Shown: piece after piece, positions 22,833 through 36,064 of the stretch
Position numbering within the stretch: the stretch's first letter is position 1
How the letters are laid out: each line of letters begins with the position of its first letter
Assembly: GCA_045837725.1 (NCBI GenBank)
Contig: JBEWZL010000264.1
Coordinates: 1-64,000, forward strand
DNA length: 64,000 nucleotides
Direction of reading: 5' to 3'
Source of the DNA: Vermamoeba vermiformis
Lineage: Eukaryota
Position numbers and translations under genes: made by a program
Notes under the pieces: generated by a model
What the model saw: the letters and a program-made list of their open reading frames with translations, nothing else
What the model was told of the DNA's origin: nothing
The model's database searches: none

Positions 22833-24318
22833 TTATGCAGGTCTTTTATCAATCCATTGGTGCTCATAAGGCAAATTCCAACTGTCATCGATTGTAGTAA
22901 GCGATGGAACTCTAATAGCCATCAAATTAGTCATTTTCTTGGCATATTCATAGATCATATTCCATTGCGCCGTAGAATCCTGATGTTTGTCGTAGAAATA
23001 AAATGATTGCAAGTTTATCAATGTCGTCAGCGGATCTAAAGTTGAAATTGATTGCTCTTTGCTGAATAAGGGAATACGCAAGTATCTTAGCGTCGTTAAT
23101 TTTGCCAAGTACGTCAAATGCTGCTGTGGATTAAATCCTAAATATATATTAAGGTCAATAAGCGCATCCGATCTATACTCGGATTTCATCGCTTACTGAA
23201 CAGCTCTAAATGAGTAACATTACTTAACGAAGTACTTATACGTTCAGTTATTGCCAATCTTTCAATTTTCTTTAAGCGCTGGACGAATTCAGAGTTTAGC
23301 CGTCTTTCATTCAATTTGAATTCCGAGACATAAAAGCTCGTAATGTGTTTAAATGGCCTAAATATATCTTCATATTGACTATCTTTATAATAATCTGCTA
23401 ATGCTGGTAGCGCTAAGCGCTTTAGATTGGTTAAGGTTTGGATGTGGATTGGAAAACATGGGAAAATATCGTAGCCACTGCATTGTAAGGACGTTAACTT
23501 GGTCAACGTTGCAAATTCACATGCTAAAAAAGGCAATCCTCCGAAATTGATCTCCAAATCTGTTAATTTGGTCAACGCTGCCAAAATGCGCTGCAGATCT
23601 CGTGTAATGATCGTTTTTGAATCGAATAGGCTGCAAGGACATAGCCCTAGACTATCATCGTAAAATGCATAGTCTTCTCTCATATCATTCAATATTCGAC
23701 TGATGCTTAGGCTGGTCAGATCCGTCAAATTTTGTATCAGCCGTTTTGCTTGCTGTAACTCGATCGAAGATATTTTTAACGTCACTAAGGTCGTTGGTAG
23801 CTCTATATTATTCCAAAAATAGCTATCATTGGGCTTTGCGTCGATTTCTAACTTTCTCAAATTACGCAGAACCGAGATGCGTCTAACACTATCGATTAAG
23901 CAGACTAGATTAGTCTTGAAAATGTCAGCAATGTCTCTTCCATACTTACTCTTGCGTGGTAACCATAGGCGAGTATTTAAACTCTGTGATGTTATCGAGG
24001 TGTGACGTCTTTAATGTTGGATGTGAAAATATTCGAAATGAAATGGCGTGTAAATTCGTTATATATTTTCCTAAATTACTTCTCCACATCTTCGATACGA
24101 TAGTACTGAAAAACTTGTTATATTAGGCGTGGTAAACAAGTTGTATGAAATAATCCCAATAATTTATGTGTAATTAATAATCAAACAAGGTGCATCTACA
24201 ATACTTACCACATTAATAATTCTTGTGCATTCATGTAGCTAAAGATTGCTCGTAAAATATCGGGAGGTAGATCTATAATGCCAAAGGCTTGTGCACGCTT
24301 TCTGCGGTCCAAATCCAT
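22833..24318 (-). CDS. F-box/LRR protein
   Basis: N-terminal IIDLPPDILRAIFSYM F-box and LRR-type LTDLTSLSI, LTKLTDLEI and LTNLKRLAL. An intron at ~23195-23140 joins the two ORFs. Confidence 0.82.
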
Positions 24319-24456
24319 AATTAATCTGTTGGTCAAACACGACTATAGTCGGTTCGTTGGTGTGCTCCATTCAACATGCCAAATTCAAAGCTTAACATTT
24401 ATAAATTCCATATTTATTGGTTAAAAACTGGCCAAGTTTGGCTGGCGGATTTTCTG

Positions 24457-27400
24457 TTAATCGAACATATCAAATAACTCATCATCTTCAGCCTTAGCCG
24501 AGTCCACATCTGCAGCAGGTTCGCTGGTGGACCAGTCCATAGCAGCTGAGTCGTTCTTTTTAGCCTTGCTCTTGGATCGGGTGTTATCCTCCGTGGAGAC
24601 TTCGAGAGACAAGTTGGCGATGAGAGGATTAGCATCTGTTTCGAGCACCATCAACAAAGCCTCAAATTCGGGTCGCCACTTGGTTTCTCCGTGTTCCAAG
24701 CTCAATCTCGTTTGATTAGCAATGTAGACCAGCAAATCAAACGCCAACTTCTTCACGTTGTACTCGTACAAGCTCTTCTTGGGACCATTCAAGTCGAGCA
24801 CGGACTTTTGCACGGCAGATTGGTTTTCAGCGACGCTGCCATCGATCATCATCTTCAAGTAGGTGGCAAATACTTCGGTGGCCTTGTCCTGGTACTGCTC
24901 TTGGTTCTTCTCTTTCTCGCCCTGTTTGTAGATCTTGATCCAAACAGATGTCAAAGGAGTGAAGACAGCCTTGTTGATCAATGAGTGCGTGGTTGGGTTG
25001 AGAATAGCGCACGAGATGATAAAGTTGGTCATGGAGACGGTGCCAACAATATCTTCAACCCAGACTTCGGGACGCAACGTCAACAAGTTGGTGATGGCTG
25101 CCAAAATAACACGGCGGTACTTGGGAATCTCTTCTTCGCTCGGCTTGAGGTGGATGGTGAAGTTGAACAACGAGGCCAACAATGGGCTCTCCTCTCGTTG
25201 ACCCAAGTGTGACAAGCGGTGCGCAATCTTGGTGGGCGTGTTGGTGCCGAGAGGAGGATGCATCAATCCGTACAAATTGTTGACGAAGGTCATAATCTTC
25301 TGCTTGCTGAAACGCTCGTAAGTCACGTGAGCGGTCAACATTCTGTACAGCACTTGTTGCAAAACGTCAAACGAGACGGATTTGTAGACGTTTTTGAGGT
25401 TGTTCATGACGAAGGTGAACAAGGCGTCTTGAAGGAAGTATGTGCGCTCTTGCTCCATATTGCTGGCGTTATCATGGTGCACCGAGTTCGTCAACAATAC
25501 TTGGATTACGTCGTTGATTGCGTTTCTCGAAGCATCACGCAAGGTCCACTCCTTGGTTGTGTAGTTCTGATCCTCTTTCACAACGGTGTTCAACAAAGTA
25601 TTGTACTGCTCAGCTGAGAGTACGTTGATTTCGTCAGCGTGCACCAACTTGGAGGCAAGATCAATCATATCCAGAGCTTGAGTGTAGTACGACGGGCTGT
25701 AGGACAAGTAGCCTTGCAAGGAATTGTAAACCTCGTGAGCAGTCAACAGACTAGTACGCTTGTAAGCTTCCGTCTTGTCACCTTTGTCCAGCTCAAAGGA
25801 GACCAGCTTTCGAACAAATTCGTTCAAGTGAGAGCTGTGACTGTAAACACTGCTCAGCAATGAGGAAATGCCTGCAACAGCTGTTTTGGGACTGTCGATT
25901 GCCTTTCTGTAGATCATCTCGTGCATGATCAGCGGCAACTTGTCCTGCCAAGCGTAGACGCAGGTCTGAGGGTTCGAAACGATCAACGCCTCAATGATTT
26001 TGAAGTTGTGGTTGGCGATCTTCTTGTCAGAGGCACGAGAATACCATTCCCAAACGGCGTTCATCAACCTGGTAGTAGCAACGGTAATACCGGTGACGAC
26101 GCGGTAGTTGCTCTCATTGCTGTAAGTGAAGGTGCACACGCTTGCGACCAACTTTGCAATCGCATCTGGTTTCGGAGAGAAGACGAACTTCTCAGTCTGC
26201 CCTTGATTCTTCAGGATGGTCTCCATCATAGTAATGAAATCTTCAATGCTTCCATGGGCCCAAGTGTTATAGTCCGCGATCAATGAGAACATAGCGTGTT
26301 GCAACAAGAACTTGTACTCGACAGGCAATTCTGTCACCTTCTTGCCAGGGAATGTCTTGAATTGCACAAGGGGCAACAAGTACTTGACAAACTGGTTCGA
26401 CACAGCGGTGGTTGACAACGTTTGTTTCCAGATTCTGAAAATGTTGCCGGCTTGAGTCTCCAAGCTACCGATCATCTTGGCGTGATAGAGCAAGTATTGA
26501 TGTGTCACTGCCATAAATTGCTCCAAAGTGAAAGCATAGCCAGCAAGCTCGTGGCGGTAAAGCTCAAACACCAAATCGCGACGCAAGTTCAATCGCTTGA
26601 TGTCTTCAGCAGTTTGTTGAGGTTTGTGCACGGCAACCAAGTACTCATCAACGATCAGCTGCACCAACTTGGCGGCATTACCAATGTGTTCCACTTTGTT
26701 GTTCTTGCGCAAAATGCCGTGGTTCATGGTGTTTTGTATGGCCTTCACCAACCCGCTCACATGGCTGCGGGCCATAGGATTTTCTCTGCTGACCGTTTCG
26801 TTAAGGAAGTAGTTCACGAGCTTGTGGGCCTCGGCAACTTTTTCCAACCCCCAAGCAGGGCAGTTGTTACTCCAAACCTTCAAGGCGTATTCACGCGACA
26901 ACGATTTGAAGGCAGGTGAACGAGCTGCACTGGGCTGTGCGTCCAAACAGCTGTTGGCAAGACCAGAGATAATATCCTTGATGTGGTTGTAGTAGTAGTT
27001 GCCTTCCGTCAAATAGCTGCCCAAGCTCAGGTTGAGCAAGAAATCAGAAGCATTAGGTGCCTTGTCGCTAATGAACTGAATGATGTTGTGCAAGATGATG
27101 TACACTTGATCGGGCTTGTTCTTCAAGTTGGTCAGCTCACGAGTGAAGATTTGCTGCCAGAACAAGCCAAGGAAGTTGTCTCTGACGAAGTTGCAGAACT
27201 TTGATTCATCTCCTTCGCTCAAACGGTAGTAGCTGTTTGGTGACGGAACAGTGTTGAGCACCTTCTTCCAGAAGCCGACCAAAATGATGCGCAAGTTGCG
27301 ATCTTTCATCGATTTGACTTGTGCGGTGAGCGTGTTGAGCACGTGGAAGAGGCGAGAAGTTGATGCAGGGGTGCTACCTGTCGTGACCATGGTAACCAAG

Positions 27401-30400
27401 TGCCCAATCAAAACCTCCCAGCGGCTCTTGAAGATGTTGACCTCATCCATATTAACGCTGAACAACAATTGTTTCTCGTCGTATCTGCACAAGTAATCGC
27501 TAACGATCTTGGAGATCTCGTCAGTGATGCCAATACCAGTCCAGTTAATCAAGTCGGCCACAGCCAAGAACTTGATATCATCGTCAGGAGCGTTGTTGGC
27601 CAACTCCACAATGACAGTCTTGACGAAGCGCTCGCAGTGACGTTGAGGAATTTCGTACTTGTCCAACAAGTTCATGTGCTCGATGATTCTGGGCTTTTGA
27701 AGGGTACCGCTGGTGACCAAGCTTCTTGAGTGGCCTTCAGCCTTGGCGCCCAACAAAGCAATGAGGATTTCCACGTTTGTGATCTTTACGGCAGTTTCGA
27801 TGATGCTCCAAGCTGCTGCCTCGCACTTAGCAGATTTGCTCGCCAAGAATTCAAAAGCGCTGCCCAAGATAGCAATGCGAACGTCACGGTGCAACTCGGC
27901 ACGGTTCCATTCGTGCAAGATCATCTGCACGTGTTGGTCGGTCGGTGTCTTGGCCAACAAGCGGATGAGCTCCTTATAGGCAGTGACCTTCAATGAGTTG
28001 CGAGCCTTGCCGGTGAGCAACATCTTGATGGTCTTTGTCAAACCACCTTCAGGCAAGTAAGGCACCAAGTGGTTGACAGAGTAGACGGCAACCTTGGCGA
28101 AGTCTGAGCCCATGAACTTGGGAGAGAACAAGAAGCGCATGGGAGCGACCGGTTCGTCGTTTTGCAACACACCGCGAATCAAGGTTTCAACGACGCTGAC
28201 TGGCAAGCCCTTGCGAACCACTTTATCACCCTCCTTAAGTGGCTTTTCGTATTGAGTCAAGAACTTGACAATGTCGGCGTAGTCCACGCTAGGCATCAAC
28301 GTCCAACGGCGAGCAGCCAAACCTTGCTCGGGAACTGGACGGTTGCTGTTGAACAACTGAACGAGCCATTGTTCCCCAAGTCTGCGAGTTTGATCGGGAG
28401 TCAAACGGCGCAAGTCGTAGCAAGCCTCCAAGCAGAAGAAATCGGCGTGATCTTGTTTATCTGCTTCCATGGTGGCAATTTCTTCCAACATCTCCTTCTC
28501 TTTCTTGCGCTCCAGCTCAACGCGTTGCTTCATCTCGGTTTGCTTAATCTCGTTTTCGGTGTGAACTGCGATACGACCGTGTTGCAAAACAGGTTGTGGT
28601 CTGCGAGATGCAGGGCGACCTCGAATGGCAGCACGACCTCGGCGAGAAGGTACAGCGACGACACCCTTCTTGCCCTTGGTCTTGGTGCCCTCAGCTTCCT
28701 TCTCGATCAACTTCTTCCTGATCAATGGGCGCTCATCGTGTTCAACGAAGAACACACCACGGAAGGACTTCTTTTGGCCAATGTACTTGTCGAGCAAGTC
28801 TTGGCGGTACTTCACCAAGTGGTGCCACACGAAGGGAATGTACACAGCTGAAGAGGTGATGCTCAAAAGCTTTTCTACGGCTTGATTGCGGCGAGCCTTG
28901 CCTTCAGCGCGAGTAAGAATACCAGTCTCCTCCTTCTTCAACCACTTCCACAAGACAGTGCTTGCTTGTCTCGAACGGAGAATGAATTCGGTGAATTCGA
29001 CAAGCAAAGGAATGTCGTGCCATTCCTCTCCTCCGTGCAAAGTCATCAATTGGTTGTAGTAGTGGATGACTTCATCGTCAGTCTCGATGATGAAAAGACC
29101 TTCGTCGTCCTTCTCCAATCGCTTGGCGGCATCAGTGAGCAATTGTGCGAATCTGTTCTTCAACAAAGGGATCTGGTGCCAGCTTGAGCCAACGATTGTG
29201 ATCAAAGGAGCGAAGTAGTCAATCTTTTCACGCCACTCGGGGTTCTTGGTCGAGACGCGTTCGTCATAGCATTGAATCAACCAATCAGCAAGTCTGACTC
29301 TCTTGTTGAAGCTCATGGTCCAAGTGGTTTGCAAGTGGACACGGAAGTCCTCGGCAGCACGTTTCTCACCGAGTCTGAACAGAGCAATGCGCCATTGAAG
29401 CTCGAAACCGAATTGGAACATTTCGAGATTGACAAGCTTGAGAGCGCGAGTCATAGCAGCCCAGCTGAGAGTGATGAAATGCTTGAGAACACGGTGAGAA
29501 AGCACGTGTTCGAAGCCAGGAGCAGAGCCTTCGTCCAAATCGGAGCTATCGAACAAGTCTTGCAACATAGTGAACCAAATCTCGAACTGCTCCTTAGTAG
29601 TGCCGTCAGCCATGAAGGTGTTGCTGTAATGAGATTGCTTTTCTTGTTCGTTGAAGCCAAACATCTCATCGAAAACAGGCTCCTTGTTGTCAATTGTCTC
29701 GTTCTTCAACTTGCCTTGCAAGAACTTGATGGTTCTCGTGGTTTGCACGAGGTTCTTAGCACGTAAGGTGGCCGACAACAGCTTGTCAATGGCAGCCTTG
29801 CGTTCAACAATGCTGTTGCTGTTGGAAGCTTTCTGGAGCATGCTTCGCATTTGGTGATCGTTGATGTCAACGAAGGCTTGCAACTGGTCGAGCAAGTTCT
29901 CGGAAACAAGACCAGGCTCGAAGAGGGGACGGATGGCATCTTGAATTTGACCAATAGGCAAGACACGAAGCATGTTAATCAACAAGGTGTAGTTCGTTTT
30001 AGCCAAGTGTAAGATGTGCTCAGGACGGAGCAACTTGAAGACAGTCATCTTGTGCTCCTCAGTCAGGAGTTGGCTCATGAGCCAGCTTAACATGTCGCTG
30101 TTTGCCAAAGGATCTTCAGAGAACAACGGCAAAATGTGTTGGACGATCAAGCCTTGGTCCTCCTTCTTGATGCTTCTCACGATGGTCTTGAGCATCTCGG
30201 AGTAAGCTTCAAGATCCTTCTTGATGATGGGCAAGAAGTGGTCCAGCTTTTGTTTGGGGTCGCCAATCTTGCCCAAGATATAACCCAGTTGGGCCAAGTA
30301 AAGGAGCCAAACGCCTTCAAACAAGGGCAAAAAGCTGTTTACGAGCTAAAGATGTATTAGAATCTTGCGAACATTGGTTGGAATTGCTTGTACTTACGAC

Positions 30401-33026
30401 ATCGACGGTGTCGACTTTGTAAAGCAAGGTACGCAAAATGAAATCGAGGTATTCCTTCTTGTTTTGCAAGAAGTAAGGCAAAACACGTGTAGCCATAATA
30501 TTGTTGTCCTTAACGTTCTTGCAAATTTCTTGGAATTGTCTCTTGACTTGTGAAGCCATCCAACCCATGCCTTGGTAAGTTGTGAAGGTATCCCAGAAGT
30601 AGTTCAAAACCTAAAAGTATACATTAGGATACGTTTGAGACATAAAAAATTGGCTTACTAATTCAGGAAGACTCGCGCTCAATGAAACAATCACTTCAGT
30701 GTGGTAGTCAGGGAAGAGCTTCTTAAGAGCAGGGAAGAAGTACTGCACGACAATGGTGTTGATGCTCTTATCAGCCATAGCGCGAGTAGCTTCAGGAAGG
30801 CGAATATCGTCCTTCGTGTTGACCAACGATCTGGAAACAGCTTTGATGCCGCTGGCCCAGTTGTTGCTCCAAGAATGCGCGTAAGATGAATCAGCCATCC
30901 ATCTTGGTGTGAGTTTGGTGTAGACACCGAAGTAGGGGCGCATAATGTTAACGAGTTGGTCGACTTGGCTTGGGTGGTATGAGTGGTCAACAAGCTCTCG
31001 CAAGAACTCGAAAGTTGCGTGGTGGTATTCATCAGGATAGGTAAGCTTTTTCCACATGCAAGTCACGATAGCAGCCCACAAGTCAACCAATTGCACGGCA
31101 AATTTGGCGAACTTGGTGTTGTCGTGGGTATACACGAGCTTCTTCTCAGGAACCGCAGTACTCTCCCAAGTGCGTCTCTTGCGCACAAGGTCTCTGAGTG
31201 CCTTGCCGGTCAAGTTCTTTTGCTTCTCGTCGAACTTGGCACGCTTGGCCTCTCTGTACTTCTTTTCAACGCGGCCTCTGACAAGCTGATGTGCTGCTTG
31301 TTCGTTACTCCTTGATGGAAAGGATCATAGCTCGAAGCATATTGGAAGTGTCCCCGAACACCTTGGTGCGATAGGTGTTGCGCTTGTAGTCGTCATCGCC
31401 GACCATGGAGTCGATGGATTGCCACATGCGATTGTAGTACTCAATGGCGACCTTAGAGAAGATCAGCAGCTCTCCCAAGCTTGCCTTTTCGACCAGGCGT
31501 TTGCGGGAGTAAGTGGCCAAGAAGTGAACGTCCAGCTGGTTTCTGATAAAGTACGTCGTAGGTGTGCCCAAAGCAACGATGACCTTGCCCAACTCAAGCA
31601 AATCATTAAACTTGGTGTGATTCAAGGTCCAAATGTTGTGGGGAATGTCTATAAAAGTATCATTAGCGTTGTTCATCGTACGTGCAACGCTATTACTTAC
31701 GTGAATAAATATTGTCTTTGTCGTCGCGCCAAACTGAGTTTCTCAAAAAGGCGTAGATTTCCTTAGGGAAGTGTGTAACGAAGTATTCCAAGTTGTCGAC
31801 AAAAACTTGCGGGAATTCAGAGTCTAACATAGAATAAATTAATACTACTCCCCAATTGCTTAGAAGCATTACTTACATCTGCTGTTGGGAGGAGGGAAGC
31901 GCTCCAACAATTCCACGACTTTGCCTGCAGCCTTGGCATTGCGAATCAACTCATCGCGCACGTTGTTGTGCTCCTTTTCGACGGCATTGCGTTTGCCACG
32001 GCCGTGGCCACTCGAACCGGCGCCAACACGCTTAGTGTTGACCAAGAAGTACCATTCGTTCCAGATTGTGATACGCGATTCGGTCTTGGTTGACAAGTTT
32101 TGGCGCAACAAAGCAACCACTACGTCCGAGTGGTAACGGCACAACTTGTCCCAGTGCAAAAATGCGTTTGTTTGTACGCCGTTGGATGCATCCAACAAAA
32201 ACTTCTCTACGACCTTCGAGCTGAATACAAACGCGTTAATAACTTATAAATTTAACATCATATTGATAAAAACTAAATTTCATCCACAAAATGAATTGGC
32301 TTGATTTGTTTTGCAATATTTAAGAAGATGGATTTACCTGCATCCGTGGAGATATCTGGCCACAAAGTCTGCAGATTTCTCTGGCAAGGTTGAGAAGTGT
32401 TCTACGGCTCTGTTCAATAGGTTGACGCGCTTATACTTAATGCAGGCGTGCAAGAGCTCGTTGCGGACTGCGGCGACGGATTTCATAGCGGTGTTATAAA
32501 TCTCTTCATCGCTAATATCTCTGCGCGCTACTTCCTTCGCGGCAATTGATTTAAATAAAATAGAAGGCGAGTTAAGCTCGCTCAAGAAAGTCTGCTGCGC
32601 CTCTACGTCAGATTTAGGTGCGCCGGCAGCGATTGCCAAAGCCAAGCGATCTTCGTGGTAGTACTTAGAGACGTTAGTCTTTTGAGCCGGCAGAATCTCG
32701 GTAAAGCCATCCTCTGTCTCCATCTCAGCAACCTCCGGTTCGGGATGCTAAAATCAAAAATTTAGAACAAAATCATACTACGCCTTCTACAGTGAATAAA
32801 TCCTAAGGTGTACGATGAAGAGGCAAATCTTCATCATTAAATTGATTTAAAAATAGAATTCTAAATTTGTGGTGAATCTTACTTGGCGAAGCGCTTTAAC
32901 GATTGGCTTAAGCTCTTGAACATGCTTGGCTCCAAGTTTACTCGCTAATTTAACTCGCTTGTCATAAGGCAAGGTAGAAGTTGAGTTTAGCAACTCTTCT
33001 TTGGTTTTAGGCAGATTAAGTTCCAT
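24457..33026 (-). CDS. Very large (~2700 aa) uncharacterised alpha-helical solenoid-like protein
   Basis: ATG 33026 (MELNLPKTKEELLNSTSTLPYDKRV). Several 5' exons are followed by one ~5.9-kb exon (30348-24457). Strong codon bias (TTG, AAG, AAC, TTC). Confidence 0.88.
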
Positions 33027-33300
33027 GATTGCTGTTGTAGTTAATTATTCACAGATTATAAGTTCAAATCAATATTTCGTGAAGTGCACTTATGCTCCGG
33101 TGAACAATTGATAAAAGAAGAATGGCAGAAAAAAAACGGTTTTTGTGGATCTGAGCCCTCGTGAATTTCACTAACGCCAGAAAAAAATAGGTAAAAAACA
33201 ATGGTCTCCTCAAAGTGACATAAATGACAGATGCGAAACAAGTGGTCAGGTATGCCTATTAACTACAATATTTATAGCTATTTATGGAATCATTCTTCTG

Positions 33301-35530
33301 TTAACTGTTGATGTGGATCACCTTTCCGTTGGCTTTTCTATTCAATACTTGGACCGATTGATCCAAACGTCCACTAAAGTTAACGTTGATGGCAAAATAA
33401 CCGTTGTGGAATGTAATCAAAGGATCCTTAATATGGGTTCCTGAGGAAAAACGGGTCAGATTTGAGATCGTGTACGAGACTAATTGTTTACCTGGCACAA
33501 TTGGAAGAGCGAAACCCGTACTTATCTTCTGATTAGCAAAAGGAACGATAATTTTGCGTACTATAAACGCGATGAGCTGCGTCAAGAAGGGTAACTCGCT
33601 CTTGACCTCGGGAATGGACGAGTTCTATTAATAACGTTAGATAAATAATTAGTTTGGCATATTACGTACTTGGAAAGTAAGTTTGCTGTCTATATATTCA
33701 ATAGTAGGAACTAGTGACTCGCCGACAGTTTCAACCTGGATCGAGTGATGAGCACTGAGTTTGAAGGACATTTCCTACGTACCTTAACGTTGAGATCTAC
33801 TTTTATATCGGCTATGAGAACATCTATGCGAGTCTCATTCTCGAAAGCAACGACGTATATCTTCAGTACAGTATCAATTGTAACGCCGAGCCCTAGATAC
33901 AACCGATCGCGTTAGTCCTGGTTCACTCGAATATTTTTCTATCTTACCGCTCTCTGTTATTTTACTAGTGAGTGGTGCACTTGCATCATATTCTAGTCCC
34001 ATCTCGGCGTTAGGATACAGTTTGGCGAGGGTTGGGAACAAAACTGAGAACGGATCCAGGTATTAATACGAGACGACTGATAGCATCTTTACTTACATCC
34101 CCAGGCCGTAGTATTCAAGGCAATTGGGAAGTTAGGCGGCAAATCTGAAGGAATGAAGAACCAGTCAAATGTTTTTGTTTGGTAGAAAGCGTAGCCGATT
34201 GAATTGACCGTGTAATCAGTAACGATAATCTGTGCTCATAATACTATTAGAGGATGGTACTCATTAATATAGCCGATGATACGTACTGAGAGCATTCTTG
34301 GCATTTGTGATGGCAAATTGACCGGTGGAACTGGCCCATCGTAATATTTATTTGGGGAACGAACTGGTACTGCATCACCTGCACAATATCCTTAGTAAGC
34401 GCATGCGATTGTATTGTAGCAATATAATGCAGGAATAGATAGAACTGCGCTGCTTGGAATCGTCGTAACGAGGGGCTTACCCTGCAAGCCAGTATCAACC
34501 AAAGCGCCGGTAAAAGTTGGATTTTGGACCAACGGATATCTAAGGATAATCATGTTGTCTACATTCTCCTCAAAAGGAAAATTTTTTATGAAGAAATCAG
34601 CCTGTTTCGTCAATGTTTCGAGAATCGACTTGACAACATTCTGCTCAACTTGTTTTCTGATTGTAGACTTGAACAAACCAATGAAGAAGTTGTACAACCA
34701 ACTGTGTATTACAAAATTAGGCGTCGTTTACCGTATATCAGAAAATTCGTTCGAACTTACCTCGCTCCGCCACGTACTTTCAGATCTAATTTATAATAGT
34801 TCGTTAGATCTATTATATAGTAATATCGACCTGCTTACCATATTTTTCCAAGGTTACTTTGGAATTTTGAAAGCTAACTTTCGGCTTCGATCCGTCCAAG
34901 TACACGGTAATATCCACGGTACCCTGCGAGCTACGTTATTATCGATGCAAATAGACTCAATTGCATACATGAAGCAGATTTAATATCGAAGTCGGCAGTG
35001 CCGGAGTCTTTCACGTGAGGCCAAGCTTTCTAATGGAAAACTGATCAGGAATACTCTTACTTAAGATAAACATTAAAATTTTTCATACCCCACGATAGCT
35101 CCAACCCATATCAACGTTTAATTGCATATTGCTCCTTTATTAAATCAATTAGGTTGATAAAAGGCGGATTTGCGGGACTTACGCGCGAAATTGCAGTCCT
35201 GTCCCTGGAATAATTACTAGCTGAAACGATGGCATCAAAATTCGAAATTTTAATGCCCGTTAAAGTGTAGTCTATATCACCAATAGTGGTATCTGCGAAT
35301 TAAGCAAAATTAGATCGGCCGTTTAAAAATTGTACTGGAAATTTAAAATACGAACCCGAGGTGCCAGTAATATCCGAGATGGATAATGAATTGATTTCCT
35401 GCTTTACAAATGGGAATACAATAGTTGTTACTTGATCAAGGCCACTTTGAGCTACGAGAAGATGCACTCCTGCTTGGTTAGCAGAGACGCACCAGAAAAT
35501 GGCAGCAACTAATAATATTGCTAACTTCAT
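33301..35530 (-). CDS. BPI/LBP/CETP-family secreted lipid-binding protein
   Basis: Signal peptide, GVHLLVAQSGLDQV, ISDITG, GWLYNFFIGLFKSTIR, LAKLYPN and GFALPIVPG; many introns. Confidence 0.88.
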
Positions 35531-36064
35531 GGTCTATCGCAGCATAACTTGCTTAAAAAGAGTTTTGAATAAAAATTTAGGTTGGAAAGTTAGAGACAAC
35601 TGTATTATTACTAAAATTGATTTAGTTCATTAATGTAAATTGGTAATGGCGTATTAATAGTTAATTATATAAATAGCGAAAAGGGGCATAATAGAAACGG
35701 CAAAGATAATTACTAATCGATTTGTTTTTGGTTTGACAGGATTTCATTTTCTTTCACTTGTAAATTGGTAAACCCGATCCAAATAAATATGAAAAATATG
35801 ATGTAATTAAATGTAATTTAGTTTTACGAATTCAGTCTGGACTGTGTGTCGGGATGTCAAATGCAGATTTACCGTGGACACGGTCAACTTGACATACCTA
35901 TGCTCTATAGATAAATTATAAATTGCATGTTGTGCACGTCAATAATTTAAATGGCGTCTTTTTTGCTGCGGACTTGAATTTTTAAAAAGACTTGCAACGC
36001 GGCGATTAACAAGATTTTACTGACGATTACGAACACAAAGCAGATTCATAGACGTATTAACAAT

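Noticed and set aside
23140-23195. Frameshift or overlapping ORFs in the LRR gene
   Set aside because: Explained by a GTAAGC...TAG intron on the minus strand.
24527-32499. Numerous + strand ORFs opposite the giant gene
   Set aside because: Antisense shadows caused by the strong codon bias of the minus-strand CDS.
35861-35890. U5 snRNA-like stretch AGATTTACCGTGGACACGGTCAAC
   Set aside because: The invariant U5 loop I (GCCTTTTAC) is absent upstream.
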